DNA of 64,000 nucleotides. It comes from Octopus sinensis. Taxonomy: Eukaryota. Of this stretch, positions 1 to 13,077 are shown in pieces (the first letter of the stretch is position 1; every line of letters starts with the position of its first letter). Made by a program: the position numbers and the translations under genes. The stretch covers positions 71,362,001 to 71,426,000 of the forward strand of contig NC_042999.1 of NCBI RefSeq assembly GCF_006345805.1, read 5' to 3'. Under the pieces are notes generated by a model that worked only from the letters and a program-made list of their open reading frames with translations, was not told the DNA's origin and did no database searches.

Positions 1-831
1 GTAGCACCATTGTTGAGACAGTACTGGAAGAAAATAGAAAGCTGGTGTAAAAGGAAGTACCTGCCACGTTTGAGAAGCAGGTATGTAACTCCATCGAGAC
101 AAGGGGAGGCATAGTTGCGCTTATTTTGAAGGTGACGTCGCAGCATTGCAGGTGTAAATTCCATAGTTGTTATGGAATTTTCTGTTAGTGATGGTGAAGA
201 TGGTACATTTTGACTTTCAACAGTGAATATGTTTGCATAGCACTCGGCAATGAGTTCTGCGCATTCCTTGGGGTCGTCAGTGATCTGGTTTGTGTGAGGG
301 TTGCGAAGAGGACCCACTGGAGAGTGAGGTCTCTGCTTTGAATGCACATATTTCCAGAAAACCTTGCTGCCAGGATTGGCTGCTATGCACTGTTCAAATT
401 CAAGCACTGCTTTTTTTGTTACTTGCTTGAGATGGTTGGAAGATTTATTCCGCTTCTTCCTGTTGGTGTCTGATTTATGCAACTTGTATTCCCGTTCAGC
501 AGTCCGACGTTCCTTCCTGGCAAGTCGGACCGCTGAAGTTTCCCAAATTGCCCTTTTGGGGCGGTTCTTCTTTTTCTGTTTACGTGGCACTGATGCTGCA
601 CATGCTGCCCATATTGAGTCCAGGATACTCTGGAGTATAGTATTCACACCTCCAGAGTTGTAGAATTCACGCCAGTTTGGGTGCTGTAGTTCAGCGTGGT
701 ACAGGTTCCAATCTGCTCTCTTCCAATCGAAGGAAGCAGATTGGAGATGGTTCAGGTTTTTGTTGCCCGCAAGAGCCAGATTGGCGATGATCATAGCATG
801 ATCAGAGTCACCTAGAGGTTCCTCCGTAGTG
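1..831 (-). mobile_element. CR1/L2-like LINE ORF2 fragment (end of APE endonuclease, linker, start of RT); runs off the window edge
   Basis: Minus-strand frame translated by hand is stop-free to base 1: EEPLGDSDHAMII...DWKRADW...KVFWKYVHSKQRPHSPVGPL...ECAELIAECYANIF...SPCLDGVTY. The motifs match the APE terminal SDH and the FWKY / A..F..IF / S.G.DG linker typical of CR1-group LINEs. Confidence 0.85.
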
Positions 832-1284
832 CAATTTAATCAGAAGAACCTGGAAACCTTGTATACAATAACATAACACAAATACAAAAAACAAAAGCCC
901 CATTGCATCTGTCTAACGAACATAGGCTCGAAATATATTTTACGTAGTACGCTTGCAATGCAAATAAATCCACTGAGAAATAATATTACTTCGAAGAAAT
1001 TTCGATAAATATACGAACGTTAGTCAATTGGCTGTCAGTTTGTGTTTTTATAGCGCTGTATATAAAATAATGTTCTGATATGTTTAGTAACTCACTTTTA
1101 TGTTTTTTCAGGTATAAACAGTTCGGAAGTTTTTCGGCAGTAATGTACTTTTACAGCAAACATAATATACCTTTTATGTGACAGAAAAAAGCTACAATTA
1201 ATAATATAGTATCGTTGTGGTTATCAGGATGTAACATAATTTACATTTTGATAGGTATCATTTCACAGTCATGTTTCTCTTTAT

Positions 1285-1572
1285 ACGCATACATACACAA
1301 ACACACACACACATGCGTACGTACATGCGTACAAACATGCGTACATACATGCGTACATACATACACGCATGCATACATGTATATGTCAATATGTACTATG
1401 TACAGATGCATAGACATATATCTACAAATGTATATATTCATATATATACATATATATATATATATATGTATATATATATGCATGTATGTATATATAAACG
1501 CGTATAAATATACATACATATACATATATATATACGTACATATGAATATATACATACATATATATATATATA

Positions 1573-1625
<53 letters not shown>
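1285..1625. repeat. Compound (ATAC)n/(AT)n microsatellite
   Basis: Directly visible; it explains the YI/IY-rich ORFs at 1215-1696. Confidence 0.95.
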
Positions 1626-1627
<2 letters not shown>

Positions 1628-1810
1628 CCATCGCTCGACAACCGATGACGGTGTGTTTACGTCCTCGTAACATAGCGGTTCAGTAGAAGAGACCAATATA
1701 ATAAGTACTAGCCTTACAAAGAATAAGTAGTGGGGTCAATTCCTGCGACTAAAGACGGTGCTCCAGCATGGCCGCAGTCAAATGACTGAAATAAGTAAAA
1801 GGAATAAAAG
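1628..1810 (+). mobile_element. tRNA-derived SINE family A, 3' half
   Basis: Matches the 3' half of the full copy at 58868 (gacaaccgatg...cggtgctccagcatggccgcagtcaaatgactgaaa). Confidence 0.85.
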
Positions 1811-1861
1811 ACTATATATGTATATGCATGTGTGTGCATAGCTATCTATCTATCTATCAGT

Positions 1862-2164
1862 GAGGGCGCGTGGCTTAGTGGTTAGGGCATTCGGCTCATG
1901 ATCGTAAGGTTGTGAGTTCGATTCCCGGCGACGCGTTGTGTCCTTGAGCAAGACACTTTATTTCACGTTGCTCCAGTTCACTCAGCTGGCAAAAATGAGT
2001 TGTACTTGTATTTCAAAGGGTCAGCCTTGTCACTCTCTGTGTCACGCTGATTATCCCCGAGAACTACGTTAAGGGTACACGTGCCATTTGCACGTTAATT
2101 TCACGAGCAGGCTGTTCCGTTGATCGTATCAGCTGGGACCCTCGTCGTCGTAACCGGCGGAGTC
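1862..2164 (+). mobile_element. tRNA-derived SINE, head B + tail 1
   Basis: A box TGGCTTAGTGG, B box GTTCGATTCC, body ttgtgtccttgagcaagacac. The tail is shared with the copy at 20470. Confidence 0.85.
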
Positions 2165-2172
2165 TAGAAGAA

Positions 2173-2258
<86 letters not shown>

Positions 2259-3035
2259 ATTCGCACATATGTACATGTATGTAGATATGAATGTACATAT
2301 ACATATAGATAGATAGATAGATAGATAGATAGACAGATACATACATATATATATAGACATCTGTATACTTACAAACCTACACACGCGCACACATATACAC
2401 AAATACAAATATTTATATAATATATGTATGTATACCTGTGTGTGTATATATGTACACGCATACGCACACAGACACACACATGAGAGCTTTATCTACTACA
2501 TGTTTATACCGCGTAACTTTCAATTTGTTAAGTTAACGACATTTATTATTAGCAAATCTAGTAAATTGCTACCTATCATTTTGCTCCTGGCGTTTAATTC
2601 TGCTTTGAGTAATCATCATTTCTAGTCGTATTTTCAATTTTCATGTGTAAGTATTTTGACGAATTATCTCGAACAGTTGCTATTTCCCAATATTATATTG
2701 CGTTATTCATGTATAAGTTCCCTTATGTTCATTGGAAATTTAATGCGTTTGCTTAGTTGTATATATTCATACTGAATTTAATACGTTTTTAGTATGTCAA
2801 ATGATTGCTTATTCTTCTTAGCTGCAAATCCAATATCAATTAAAAACGATGGTTATAGTCAAATCTGATCAGAAGTGTAGACGTTTTTTATATTATTTAC
2901 TGCTTCGCTGTAATATGTCCAGATTGAGTCAATATTTTGAGTTCCATAAATGAACATTAATTTAACTACAATTACGAAATATTGTAACGAAGATTACAGA
3001 ACTACAACTACAACAACAACAATAACAGTAATAGT

Positions 3036-3248
3036 GGTTTCAAATTTTGGTCAGAGCAAGCACTATTTGAGCTAAGCGGACACATCGGTTATATTGACTC
3101 CAGCACTTATCGGCATTTATTGTGTCAATCCTGAAATAATGAAAGGAAAAGTTGACTTCGGCAAAATTTGAACTCAGAGCGTAAAGACGGACGAAAAGGC
3201 ATTAAGCATTTTGTCCAGCATGCTAACGGCTCTGCCAGCTCATCGCGT
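3036..3248 (-). mobile_element. SINE family D (diverged)
   Basis: Reverse complement resembles the D copies at 9395 and 31485 (gagctggcag...gagttcaaatt...ccttt cat). Confidence 0.7.
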
Positions 3249-3250
3249 TC

Positions 3251-3299
<49 letters not shown>

Positions 3300-3330
3300 G
3301 AAGAAGAAGAAGAAGAAAAAGAAGAAGAAG

Positions 3331-3638
3331 GAAAAGTAGAAACACAGAAACCTTCAAAATGCAAAGATATGGAAATAGAGGTAACTGAAATGTAGAACCT
3401 AAAAACAGAAACAATTTTTATAATAGTAGGCACAAAGCATTTAGACAGATACATAACCAAAACACCAGGACTTACAAGTGTATATAACATACACAAAATA
3501 GAACTACTGGACATTGCACGTCAAACACTTTCAATACACTGAAAATAAGAACACTACAATAAACCACTGCACATACCCAAGGCACATAGAGCTCCGCTCG
3601 GTAGTGCAGTGAAAAGATGTGATAAAAAATAAGACTAT

Positions 3639-3640
<2 letters not shown>
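3331..3640 (+). mobile_element. RLE-type (R4/Dong-like) LINE 3' end
   Basis: Degenerate translation KCKDMEIEVTEM.NLKTETI.IIVG...HLDRYITKTPGLTS.YNI.KI.LL. A 3' UTR follows and ends directly in (AAT)n. Confidence 0.75.
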
Positions 3641-3692
<52 letters not shown>

Positions 3693-3709
3693 GCAATCAC
3701 GATGATAAT

Positions 3710-3889
3710 AATCCTTTCTACTAAAGACGGAAGGCGTGAAATTTGGGGGAGGGGTTAAATCGAATTCATCGACCTCAGTGTTACAGTTTCACTGGCACTT
3801 AATTTATCGACCCCGAAAGGATGAAAGGCAAAGTCGACCTCGGCGGAATTTGAATTTAGAATGTGAAGATAGATGAAATGCCGCTAAGA
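3710..3889 (-). mobile_element. SINE family D
   Basis: Contains atcgaccccgaaaggatgaaaggcaaagtcgacctcggcggaatttgaa, the reverse complement of the D core. Confidence 0.85.
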
Positions 3890-3947
3890 GTGAGTCAAAA
3901 TGAAAATTGCATTGCATCCAGCGTGATAACGATTCTGTCACCTTGTG

Positions 3948-4161
3948 GATTCAAATTTTGGCAAAAGGCCTGCAATTCCGGTTAGGCGGTATACGTCGAT
4001 TGCATCGATGCCAGTACTCAACTGGTACTTAATTTACCGCCCCCGAAAGGATGAAAGGCAAAATCCACCCAGGTGGTATTTGAACTCAGAACGTAGCGAC
4101 AGGCGAAATACCACTAAGCATTTCGTCTGGCGTGCTAACGATTCTGCTAGCTCACCGCCTT
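3948..4161 (-). mobile_element. SINE family D
   Basis: Same core as 3710, plus the head (gctagctcaccgcc). Confidence 0.85.
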
Positions 4162-4163
4162 CT

Positions 4164-4195
<32 letters not shown>

Positions 4196-4199
4196 CATA

Positions 4200-4630
4200 G
4201 AAAAAAGAACAGAAATTTTCTGACGAACAAGAGTAGATTCCCAAAGATAGTTACAGCAAATAGTAGTAGTGAGACATGGTTTTGTTGGAGAAAGGAAAGC
4301 TGAAGATGGGAATAGAAAGTTTATTAGTAGCTGCACAAGATCAAGCATTAAGAACTAATTGGATACCAGCCAAATTAGACAAAAAAAAACCAAAAACCAA
4401 AAACAAGCATATTCACAATGTAGATTGTGGAAATCAAAAGAGGAAACCATTACTTATATAGTAAGTGAATGTGGCATGTTGGCATAGAAAGAATACAAGA
4501 AAAAACGGGGAGAGCAATCCACTGGCAGCTATGTAGAAAGCTAGGATTTGACCATACTGATAAATGCTATGAACATGAATCTTAATAAAGTACTAGAAAG
4601 TAAGAAATACAAGATGTTGTGGGACTTAAA
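4200..4630 (+). mobile_element. RLE-type (R4/Dong-like) LINE fragment, CCHC zinc-knuckle region
   Basis: GKLKMGIESLLVAAQDQALRTNWIPAKLD, then with frameshifts CG...ETITYIVSECGMLA.KEY...AIHWQLCRKLG...KVLESKKYKMLWD. Confidence 0.8.
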
Positions 4631-4868
4631 CAATCCTTATTCAGGGACAACTTTTGCGTGATGGGTTACTCGACCCGAAGAAAATTCTTACTGGGCCCCA
4701 ACTGTTAGGTCATGCGCTGTTTCTCTTGATATGAAATCACCATGTCTCGCACATATGATTGTGATGTGTGTACCCTTATCAGACGGGGAGTCACGATGGT
4801 TATACTGGGGTTTGTATATTTATACCCTAGTGTCAGTTGATGGCAAGCGGTGCTCTCTCACTCAATAA
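4630..4868 (+). repeat. Probable dispersed SINE-like repeat 3' part ending in (AAT)n
   Basis: GC-richer block ending ctctctcactcaataataacaat. There is a single copy in the window, so the repeat call rests on recollection of octopus repeats. Confidence 0.4.
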
Positions 4869-5015
4869 TAACAATAGTATTTATAATAATAATAAACGGA
4901 TAAGAAGCTAGAAAAATAATAAACCAGATATAACAATAATAAATAAGAGAAAGCGCAGTTGCTTACTAATTGACGCATCATTTCTGCTTGATTTCAGGAT
5001 AGTAAAGAAAGAGAA

Positions 5016-5094
<79 letters not shown>

Positions 5095-5098
<4 letters not shown>

Positions 5099-5866
5099 CC
5101 CTTATAATTCGAAATAGCTGAAGAATGGATACCTTAAAAATAGAAAAGGAAGGACTTATAATGGTAACTCAAAGCCAGTCATTGCGGTCGGAAAGCTTTA
5201 AGGCGAAAATAGACAAATATGTGATAAGCGCAAAGTGCTGAGTATTTAATGAGAGAGGAATCCGTTATGCGCATAATTTCCTGTAGTACTTCGGTGCAGA
5301 GGGAATATAGATACAGTCGCTACTGTGTGACCAAGGCATAACACTGGGACATATTACAGCAAAGAAGATCTAAAGTAGGAAGAAAATGGTACCAACATCC
5401 ACCAGAAAGTGTAATGGAGAACGCCCAGTATAGGATCTTATGGATTATAATGTACAGACTGAGCACTAGCTTCACGCGAAGTCACCAGATATTATCATTC
5501 TGGAAGGAGAAAAGGAGAAAAACAGTGTCCATAGTCATAGATGTTGTTATACATGCGGGTAGATATAGCGGTCAAAGAATAGGAAAAATTAAGAAAATAC
5601 CAGGATTTAATTAGGAAAATACAATGACTGGAGTGTTTCTATAAAAGTAATACCAGTTGTTACAGGCGCCCTAGGTACCGTCAACAATAGACTTGACAGT
5701 TTCCTAATTGATATACGTGTAATTATGTGAGTTGCATTAATTCATAAGTCTGCTCTATTGGCAACAATAAATATTGTAAGAATGGCCCTAGACATCTATG
5801 GAAACTGGCCGTGACCCGGTATCAAGGAGATTGATTCCAAAATGTAAAACATTCTAACATACCGTG
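5095..5866 (+). mobile_element. RLE-type (R4/Dong-like) LINE 3' fragment, decayed
   Basis: Pieces read GTLKIEKEGLIM, KWYQHPPESVMENAQYRILW, KSPDIII, KYQDL, VIPVVTGALGTV and KSALLAT..VRMALD; a trinucleotide repeat follows. Confidence 0.8.
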
Positions 5867-5915
<49 letters not shown>

Positions 5916-6224
5916 GTAGTAGTAGTAATGATAATAATAATAATAATAATAATTACTTCTTTGTAGGTACATGTTTTTAAATTTGACAGAATGGAATATA
6001 AAAAAGACGAAAAAATATGTATCTTGAAGTAAACGACGAATGCAAATCAAATGATGAAGTGACAAAAATCTGAAATGGGAAAGAAAAACAGCAAGACAAA
6101 TTATATGAGATCTAACATGCTAAATCAAAAACAGTACGTCAAAATGCTATGCTGAATTAATGGTAAAAAAATCCCTATACGATCAATAACTGAAAACTGA
6201 ATAAGGTGGAATTGGCAAATGAAA

Positions 6225-6690
6225 TGCGCAATGCTGACTGAGAAGTCTGGATTCACGACTGTGACGGAAATATTTTTCTTTATGGCACCAGAAATCACTG
6301 AAAGCATTCAAAGAGGTAGAATATGCTGAAGAAATAATTAATTGCATTGTCTCGCGCTATTTAGTGTATGCCAGGAAAAAAATATGCCTACAAGCATGAC
6401 AGAGTTGGGGGCTTAATACAGTAGAAATTATGCAGCTATTATGATATCCCAACTCAAAATGGATGTCATAAGCATGCACCAGGAAAGGTTTCAAAAGTGA
6501 TAAAGCTACCATATTCTAGGACATGCCAAACCACGCAATCAGGGTAATCACAGGTAATCTTCCGGATATTGGTAAAGAAAGGAAGAGCTTCTAATAAAGG
6601 ATCAGCCCTAAGAGATGATTAAGAATGTTTGAAAAAAAAACAACCTCTCTAAATTATGAACATAGAGACAACGAAACAGTGGGGACTGAC
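6225..6690 (+). mobile_element. RLE-type (R4/Dong-like) LINE fragment, heavily decayed
   Basis: INCIVSRY.VYARKKY.YKHDRVG.LIQ.KLCSYYDIPT...KHAPGKV...KATIF.DMP resembles the same CCHC/RLE region. Confidence 0.55.
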
Positions 6691-7427
6691 AGGAGGGAGA
6701 ATCCCGACAGTTACAGGTGCATTTTAATAGCACCTGTAATTGTTAGAGACAGTAACCTATGCTAGTCTATAATTGATTTCACAGGATTAACAAATACATT
6801 TTACTGAAGATAAACACTACTGACTACAGTACTAATTACATAAAGTATTTTCGATGCAATAGAAAAGTCAAATCAGTACAAAACACATATCTAGGTAGCA
6901 GAGAGCTGCACTTGGTAGTGCATTCAAAACACTCACTATCAATCTTGCTGGATAATAACGTAAACACAACACAGATTGAAAGATGTAGAATTAATATTGG
7001 CGATTATATTGAAGGCAGTACTCTGCTTGTATTCATTTTCTCCACGCAAATCGATATCGGAAGGATTTGTAGGTAACTGAGTAAGAAAATGCACTTAGCC
7101 TCGGCATTCTAGCAATGGTACCGAGCTACCATTGAGATTTTGCCAACTCTGGTTCCATTATCTAATTTCTATGTAATTAGATGAAATAAATGGTCATGTT
7201 ATTTAGTATCATATCATCAAAAACATAGACTCTGTCTTTAGGCTCGCTTGCATCACAGTCTTAGTAATAATTCCCTGCTAGTTCATTAATTATCCTATTT
7301 CACATTTTCCTTTCATACTAAGTTGACATCGTACAGGAGTTATTTCGTAAATACCAGCATCTGAGATGTAATTTGTCTCAACCAGTCACCACCAAACAAT
7401 AGCAGAAACAAAATTAAGGCACACCCA

Positions 7428-7478
<51 letters not shown>

Positions 7479-7737
7479 CACACACACACACTTGCGTACA
7501 CATACACACTTTTGCGAACACATGCATGCACTCTTGCACAGAAACATAACAATGCAATTTGAGACACACGCACGATATTGTCGTAATAGATCAGTTAAGA
7601 AAAAAGAAAAAAAAACGCTTTCCAGTCGGTCTCCAATATATCTGTGTCCTTTCACAAACGACTTTGTGAAAATGTTTCTAACACTACAGTATCGCGAACA
7701 GTGTAGATTAACAACAGCAACATTATTGACAAGTTCC

Positions 7738-7905
7738 AAGGCGGCGAGCTGGCAGAATTGTTACCACGCCGCGAAATCGATTTTGCCTTCCATCCTTTCG
7801 GAGTCAATAAATTAAGTACCAGTGAAATACTGGGGTCGATGTTATCGACTAGTCCCCTTCCCCAAAATTTCAAGACCTCGTGCCATCAGTAGAAAGGATT
7901 ATTAG
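7738..7905 (+). mobile_element. SINE family D, internally deleted
   Basis: The head ggcggcgagctggcagaa is joined to ttgccttccatcctttcggagtcaataaattaagtaccag; the tail ends agaaaggattatt. Confidence 0.8.
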
Positions 7906-8500
7906 CAAGTTCCGAATCTATAAAACGTTTGTGAAACTCAAAACACGACAAAACAAATCAACTAACAAAACAAAATTATACCCGAGGAGGTTATACGCAA
8001 ATGTATTGATTTCTAACGTATTCTTACATAAAAGAACACATGCTCTGGAAACAAAGTGTTGTATTTATTTGACCTACCTGAGGAGGATAAAAAACAATGT
8101 AGAATTATGACAGAATTAAGCTCAAACGTTTAGAGAGGTATCTAAATATAGGAAGTCCTTCTAGTGTCAGTCGACCGCCTTACATGACTAATTATACTAA
8201 AGTATTTTTTCAGTTATAAACTCAGAAAAAGAAGTAGGAGAAAGCGATGTGGTTGAGTATCTCTGAGTTGATGTTGCAGAACAAATGAGAAAATTGCAGA
8301 GAGGGGCATTCGAGGGAGATTGGATAGCAGTCGGAAAGAACAGTAACGGTAATGAGTGAAACAGAAGTGAAATTATCTGATATCCTCTGGCGATGTTGCT
8401 TTGTAGTTTACTAGCCCAGAGAAGCAGAAGTTCTAGTTGACGTTCGCGAAGCAAGACGAGGAGATGATTAAGTTCTGCTCACTAAAATATTTGATATACT

Positions 8501-8901
8501 CGTTTTTACTTGTTTCAGTCATTTGACTGTGGCCATGCTGGAGCACCGCCTTTAGTCGAGCAAATCGACCCCAGGACTTATTCTTTGTAAGCCTAGTACT
8601 TATTCTATCGGTCCCTTTTGCCGAACCGCAAAGTTAAGGGTATGTAAACACGCCAGCATCGGTTGTTAAGCGATGTTGGGGGACAAACACAGACAAACAT
8701 ATACACACACACTTACATATATATATATATACATATATACGACGGGTTTCTTTCAGTTTCCGTCTACCAAATCCACTCACAAGGTTTTAGTCGGCCCGAG
8801 GCTATAGTAGAAGACAGTTTCCTAAGGTTCCATGCAGTGGGACTGGACCTCGAACCATGTGGTTGGTAAGCAAGCTACTTACCACACAGCCACTCATGCG
8901 C
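8501..8901 (-). mobile_element. SINE family A, full length
   Basis: Colinear reverse complement of 58868-59289, including the internal TA/TG microsatellite. Confidence 0.9.
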
Positions 8902-9394
8902 TTATATATTTATCATGTCAACAAAAATTGTTTTCAGTGTTTGTGTGTGTGTGTGTCTGTATGTGTGTGTGTGCGTGCATACATGCATGCATGCGTGTTT
9001 ACAAATATAATAGCAGTACAATCACGTGGATGTCGCTTGAGCATCGTAGTGAAGACGTATAACGAGAGAAACCGTCGACAGAGTGCATTAAAAGTTATAG
9101 TTTCAATTTAAGCAGGATCATCTTACAAGACAAAACTTTTGTGGTTGATAAATATCAGCTACATATTTACATAGTTTTTATTTATTGAATTGCTTCCTAA
9201 CAAATATTAGCCAACTTACTACGTCGAAATTTAATATTTAAACAAAAGAAGCGAGAACAAAATGGTGGATGACTGGAGTGAACGTCCGAAGACGATTACT
9301 TTTACGAAGGCTTCAACTTCAAATAATGTTAATAATAACTGTATTGGTCATCGATTTAAGGGTCCATAAAATAAGTGTCAGATATCCAACTATT

Positions 9395-9812
9395 AAGGCG
9401 GCGAGCTGGCAGAAACGTTATCACACCGGGTGAAATGCAAAGCGGTATTTCGTCTGCCGCTACGTTCTGAGTTCAAATTCCACCGAGGTCGACTTTGCCT
9501 TTCATCCTTTCGGGGTCGATTAAATAAGTACCAGCTACGCACTGGGGTCGATATAATCGACTTAATCCGTTTGTCTGTCCTTGTTTGTCCCTTCTGTGCT
9601 TAGCCCATTATGGGTAGTAAAGAAATAGGTATTTCGTCTGTCGTTACAATCTGAGTTCAAATTCCGCCGAGGTCGACTTTGCTTTTCATCCTTTCGGGGC
9701 CGATAAATTAAGTACCAGTTACGCACTGGGGTCGATGTAATCGAATTAATCCCTTTGTCTGACCTTGTTTGTCCCCTCTATGTTTAGCCCCTTGTGGGCA
9801 ACATTGAAATAA
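9395..9812 (+). mobile_element. SINE family D with a tandem second, headless body unit
   Basis: Head + body + tail, then the body restarts at ggtatttcgtctg (about 9628) and repeats to the tail. Confidence 0.9.
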
Positions 9813-10268
9813 GATATCTAACTACAGAGTTCATTAAATCATAGAGTTATATGTTACAAGTGTTAAAAAGATCATATGACACAAACATACCTTAACTAAC
9901 CTAAAGTTAGTTTATTCGTCTATTCCTAATCACTGCTTGACTCTGATGTTGCTATTTCTACCTAGACCAGGCGGTCCACTAGCGCTTTCTCAGTCAGTGA
10001 TGTAGATTTTTTAATTTTTTAGTTAAAGCTACTGCTTTGAATCTGCCCAGGTTTATCTCTCTTCGGTATTTCCCATTGAGGAAAGCTAAAGGAGCAGAAA
10101 CAAGCGTCTGGGAATCCTCTAGAAGCACGCACTGGACAGACATGGTGCTTTTTGCTCCTTATATCATAAGAGAATATTTCCTCCACGGCAACTGCCATGA
10201 ATTTCCCTTTAGAAGTTAAAGTATGTTAAACATATTTTAACTAACCGAAAGCTTGTTCATATATATAC

Positions 10269-10329
<61 letters not shown>

Positions 10330-10330
10330 T

Positions 10331-10367
10331 TTAACTAGTTTCAGCTCACGAGCTGTGGTCATGCTGA
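10331..10367 (-). mobile_element. Extreme 3' tail of the CR1-like LINE seen at 36625
   Basis: The minus strand reads cagcatgaccacagctcgtgagctgaaactag, near-identical to the tail at 36640-36670. Confidence 0.7.
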
Positions 10368-11029
10368 TATATATATATTTACTAGGGTTCTACTAGTCAT
10401 ATGGCAGCTAACTTTAGAAATATACTTTTGCCACCAAGGTTAATATCAGAAAATATGGTATACATATAGTAGATGTACATTAACTTTTATCGAGTCTCTT
10501 TGCGCTTAGAGAAAATGATGAAATGAATTCTAATTCTCGAACATCTAAATAAACAGAAAACAAAACAATGATGTAATTATACATATTAAATATTTTCCAA
10601 CAAATTTGAACATGAATATGCTAATCACTGTTGTAATTTGTCTACGAAGGACAACTTATTTTTATTTGCATGTCTCCTCTCGTATGTACCCCCTCTCATC
10701 TCCTGCTCTGTCTCTATGTTTCCTCTTACTCACTCTGTGTGCGAAGTGTTCTTTTACTCATTGCCTGACCCCAAACTTATGTGCACTCATTCTGCACCTC
10801 TTAAGGTTTACTTATTTAGTGTCTGTCGTCAATTGTCTCTTTCCCTCTCTCAATACGATTAAAAAGTTCAACAAGAGGAACCAAACAACCGACCAAACAG
10901 CCAACTAACCAACCGACTGACCGACTAACCGACCGACCGAGTGAACGAGCGACCAACCAACCTTTATATTGGTTTTTATTCTCTCTCTCTCTCGGTGTAT
11001 ATAAACACACATCAAGATGAAGTTATGAC

Positions 11030-11203
11030 AATGTGATTAAGAGATTCGCTTTGCAACCACATGTTTTGAGGGTCCTAGAGTGTGGGGTCTTGGGTATGTA
11101 CTCCCTCTTATGGTATCGGGCCGAAATGGAATCTGTGTAAGCCCATCGCATACACAAGTACACACATACACACACACACACACACATACACACACACACA
11201 CAC

Positions 11204-11247
<44 letters not shown>

Positions 11248-11327
11248 ACACTGTATTTGTATAAGTCAGCGTGTCTTCGTGTTTGTACTCCCTACAGCTT
11301 GAACACTAACTCGCAACTTAGTGTTCT
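11030..11327 (+). mobile_element. Old, degenerate SINE family A copy with expanded (AC)n
   Basis: Residual matches to family A: gcaaccacatg, tcgggccga, aagcccatcg, gtgtttgt..ccc, cgcaacttag. Confidence 0.5.
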
Positions 11328-11546
11328 TCATTTATTGCAACCTGTTTCTCAACGAGAGACGATGCAAAACACTTCTGGCTTTGCTTTTTCTCCCGTCAAT
11401 TTCACATCGAAGGTCTTCAAAAGTTCGATAGTCCACGTCACATGGCATTTTCAGTTTCACGATACAGTTACTGTCGTTTTTTTCCAAATGATACATGTCT
11501 TTCTGATGCAGACCAAGAACAGAAACCAGGAGATCACGTCTATTAT

Positions 11547-11607
11547 GTACGTACGTATGTATGTATGTATGTATGTATGTATGTATGTATGTATGTATGT
11601 ATGTATG

Positions 11608-11641
<34 letters not shown>

Positions 11642-11945
11642 TGTATGTATGCATGCATGTATGTATGTATTATGTGTGTATGTGTGTATGTGTGTATGTT
11701 TGTATGTGTGTGTGTATGTATGTATGTATTATGTTTGTGTCTGAGTGTGAATGTATGCATGTCTGTGTGTCTGTGTGTGAGTGAGTGTATATATTATGTA
11801 TGTATGTGTGTGAGTGTGTGTGTAGGTATGCATGTATGTGTGTCTGTGCGTGAGTGTGTGGGTATATATTATGCATGGATGTATGCATGCTTACACGCAC
11901 ACATGTATATATCCATCTCTATAGATATGTGCATATATTAATGTG
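11547..11945. repeat. (ATGT)n/(TG)n compound microsatellite
   Basis: Directly visible. Confidence 0.95.
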
Positions 11946-12714
11946 AATGTTTATGTGTGCATTTTGTCAATAGTGTTGCAATTATTCTGTTTTAGATATG
12001 GATATTTATTTCCTCCAATACAGACACGATGGTGAATTGTATGTGGTTTAAAGGTCGAATTTTAAAAGATTTAAAGCAGGGTTTCTTTGTTTTTAATATT
12101 TTTTCCAAATGAAAATCTATCCGAGTTATTTTTAAGAATAAAAAGAATATATCATGCGTCAAATTATTAAATAGACTGATGGCATATAGATTTTAAAACA
12201 GCCATCTCTGTCTGTCTGTTTCTCTGTACGTATGACGAAAATATATTGCATACGTAGACGATAATAACTCTAAAGTTATTGATGATAGATCATATTGTAA
12301 AAAAAAAAAACGACTAAAAGATCGATATCTTTTGAAAAAAAATAACAAGACATAAAAAGTCTATGTATCAAAGTAAGATGGGAAAATACAGAAGGGGTTG
12401 AAAAGTGAGACTTACTTTGATATCGCGGCCATAACTTGAATAGTACTGCATATTCGATTACATATAAAATCACAAGAATACAAAAATACTTTCTGCTTCT
12501 AACGGTCTATAATCTTAGTCGTTGCTATGATTAGAAGAATAAAAATGCGAGTGGTCATCTCACAGCATTCGTTTTACATACATACATACACATAGTGTGT
12601 CAGTTTTTTTAAGGACACCTTTCTTTAAGAGCTCTAACTATATTCTAACTTATTTTTGTTTTACCTTACTTTCAGATAAATAATGCTAGACGTCAGGTTG
12701 ATTCGATAAATAAA

Positions 12715-13040
12715 AAGGCACGCAGTGATCATTGCCATAAAAGCGCAACATAGTGGTACAGAGATAGCACGCTTTCTAGAAGTTTCCCGATCCTTCGTTG
12801 TCAAAGTTAGAAAGAGTTAAAAGCAGGTGATCCAACATTAGCATCTAAACGCGAAATGCATGCTCAGAATCGTAATATCATCATAACACATAACTCTAAA
12901 CAAAAAGTCAAAGAAATAATTCATAAAAAGACCCCGGAAACTCAGAGCCATTGCAAAGGATCACTTGATTTCAGAAGAGTTGTGCATGAGGACGTTCAGT
13001 ATAAGTCTTATGCTATACTAGCAGTAGATTCATCGAATAA
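12715..13040 (+). pseudogene. Tc1/mariner-superfamily transposase N-terminal fragment
   Basis: KRHAVIIAIKAQHSGTEIARFLEVSRSFVVKVRKE...RRVVHEDVQYKSY, a paired-type HTH, with frameshifts. Confidence 0.7.
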
Positions 13041-13077
13041 GGGTGATAAAAGGATTCTCAAGATTATTTTAACATCT

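Noticed and set aside
1862-1935. tRNA-like A and B boxes here and at 23555, 48376, 58868 and 62466
   Set aside because: They are SINE heads continuing into shared repeat bodies; none folds as a complete cloverleaf.
11322-11546. Protein-like frame (DAKHFWLCFF...DQEQKPGDHVYY) ending at a GTACGT donor
   Set aside because: The apparent acceptors lie in a decayed SINE-A copy, the donor is the start of a microsatellite, and two other frames are also open, so no frame can be singled out.
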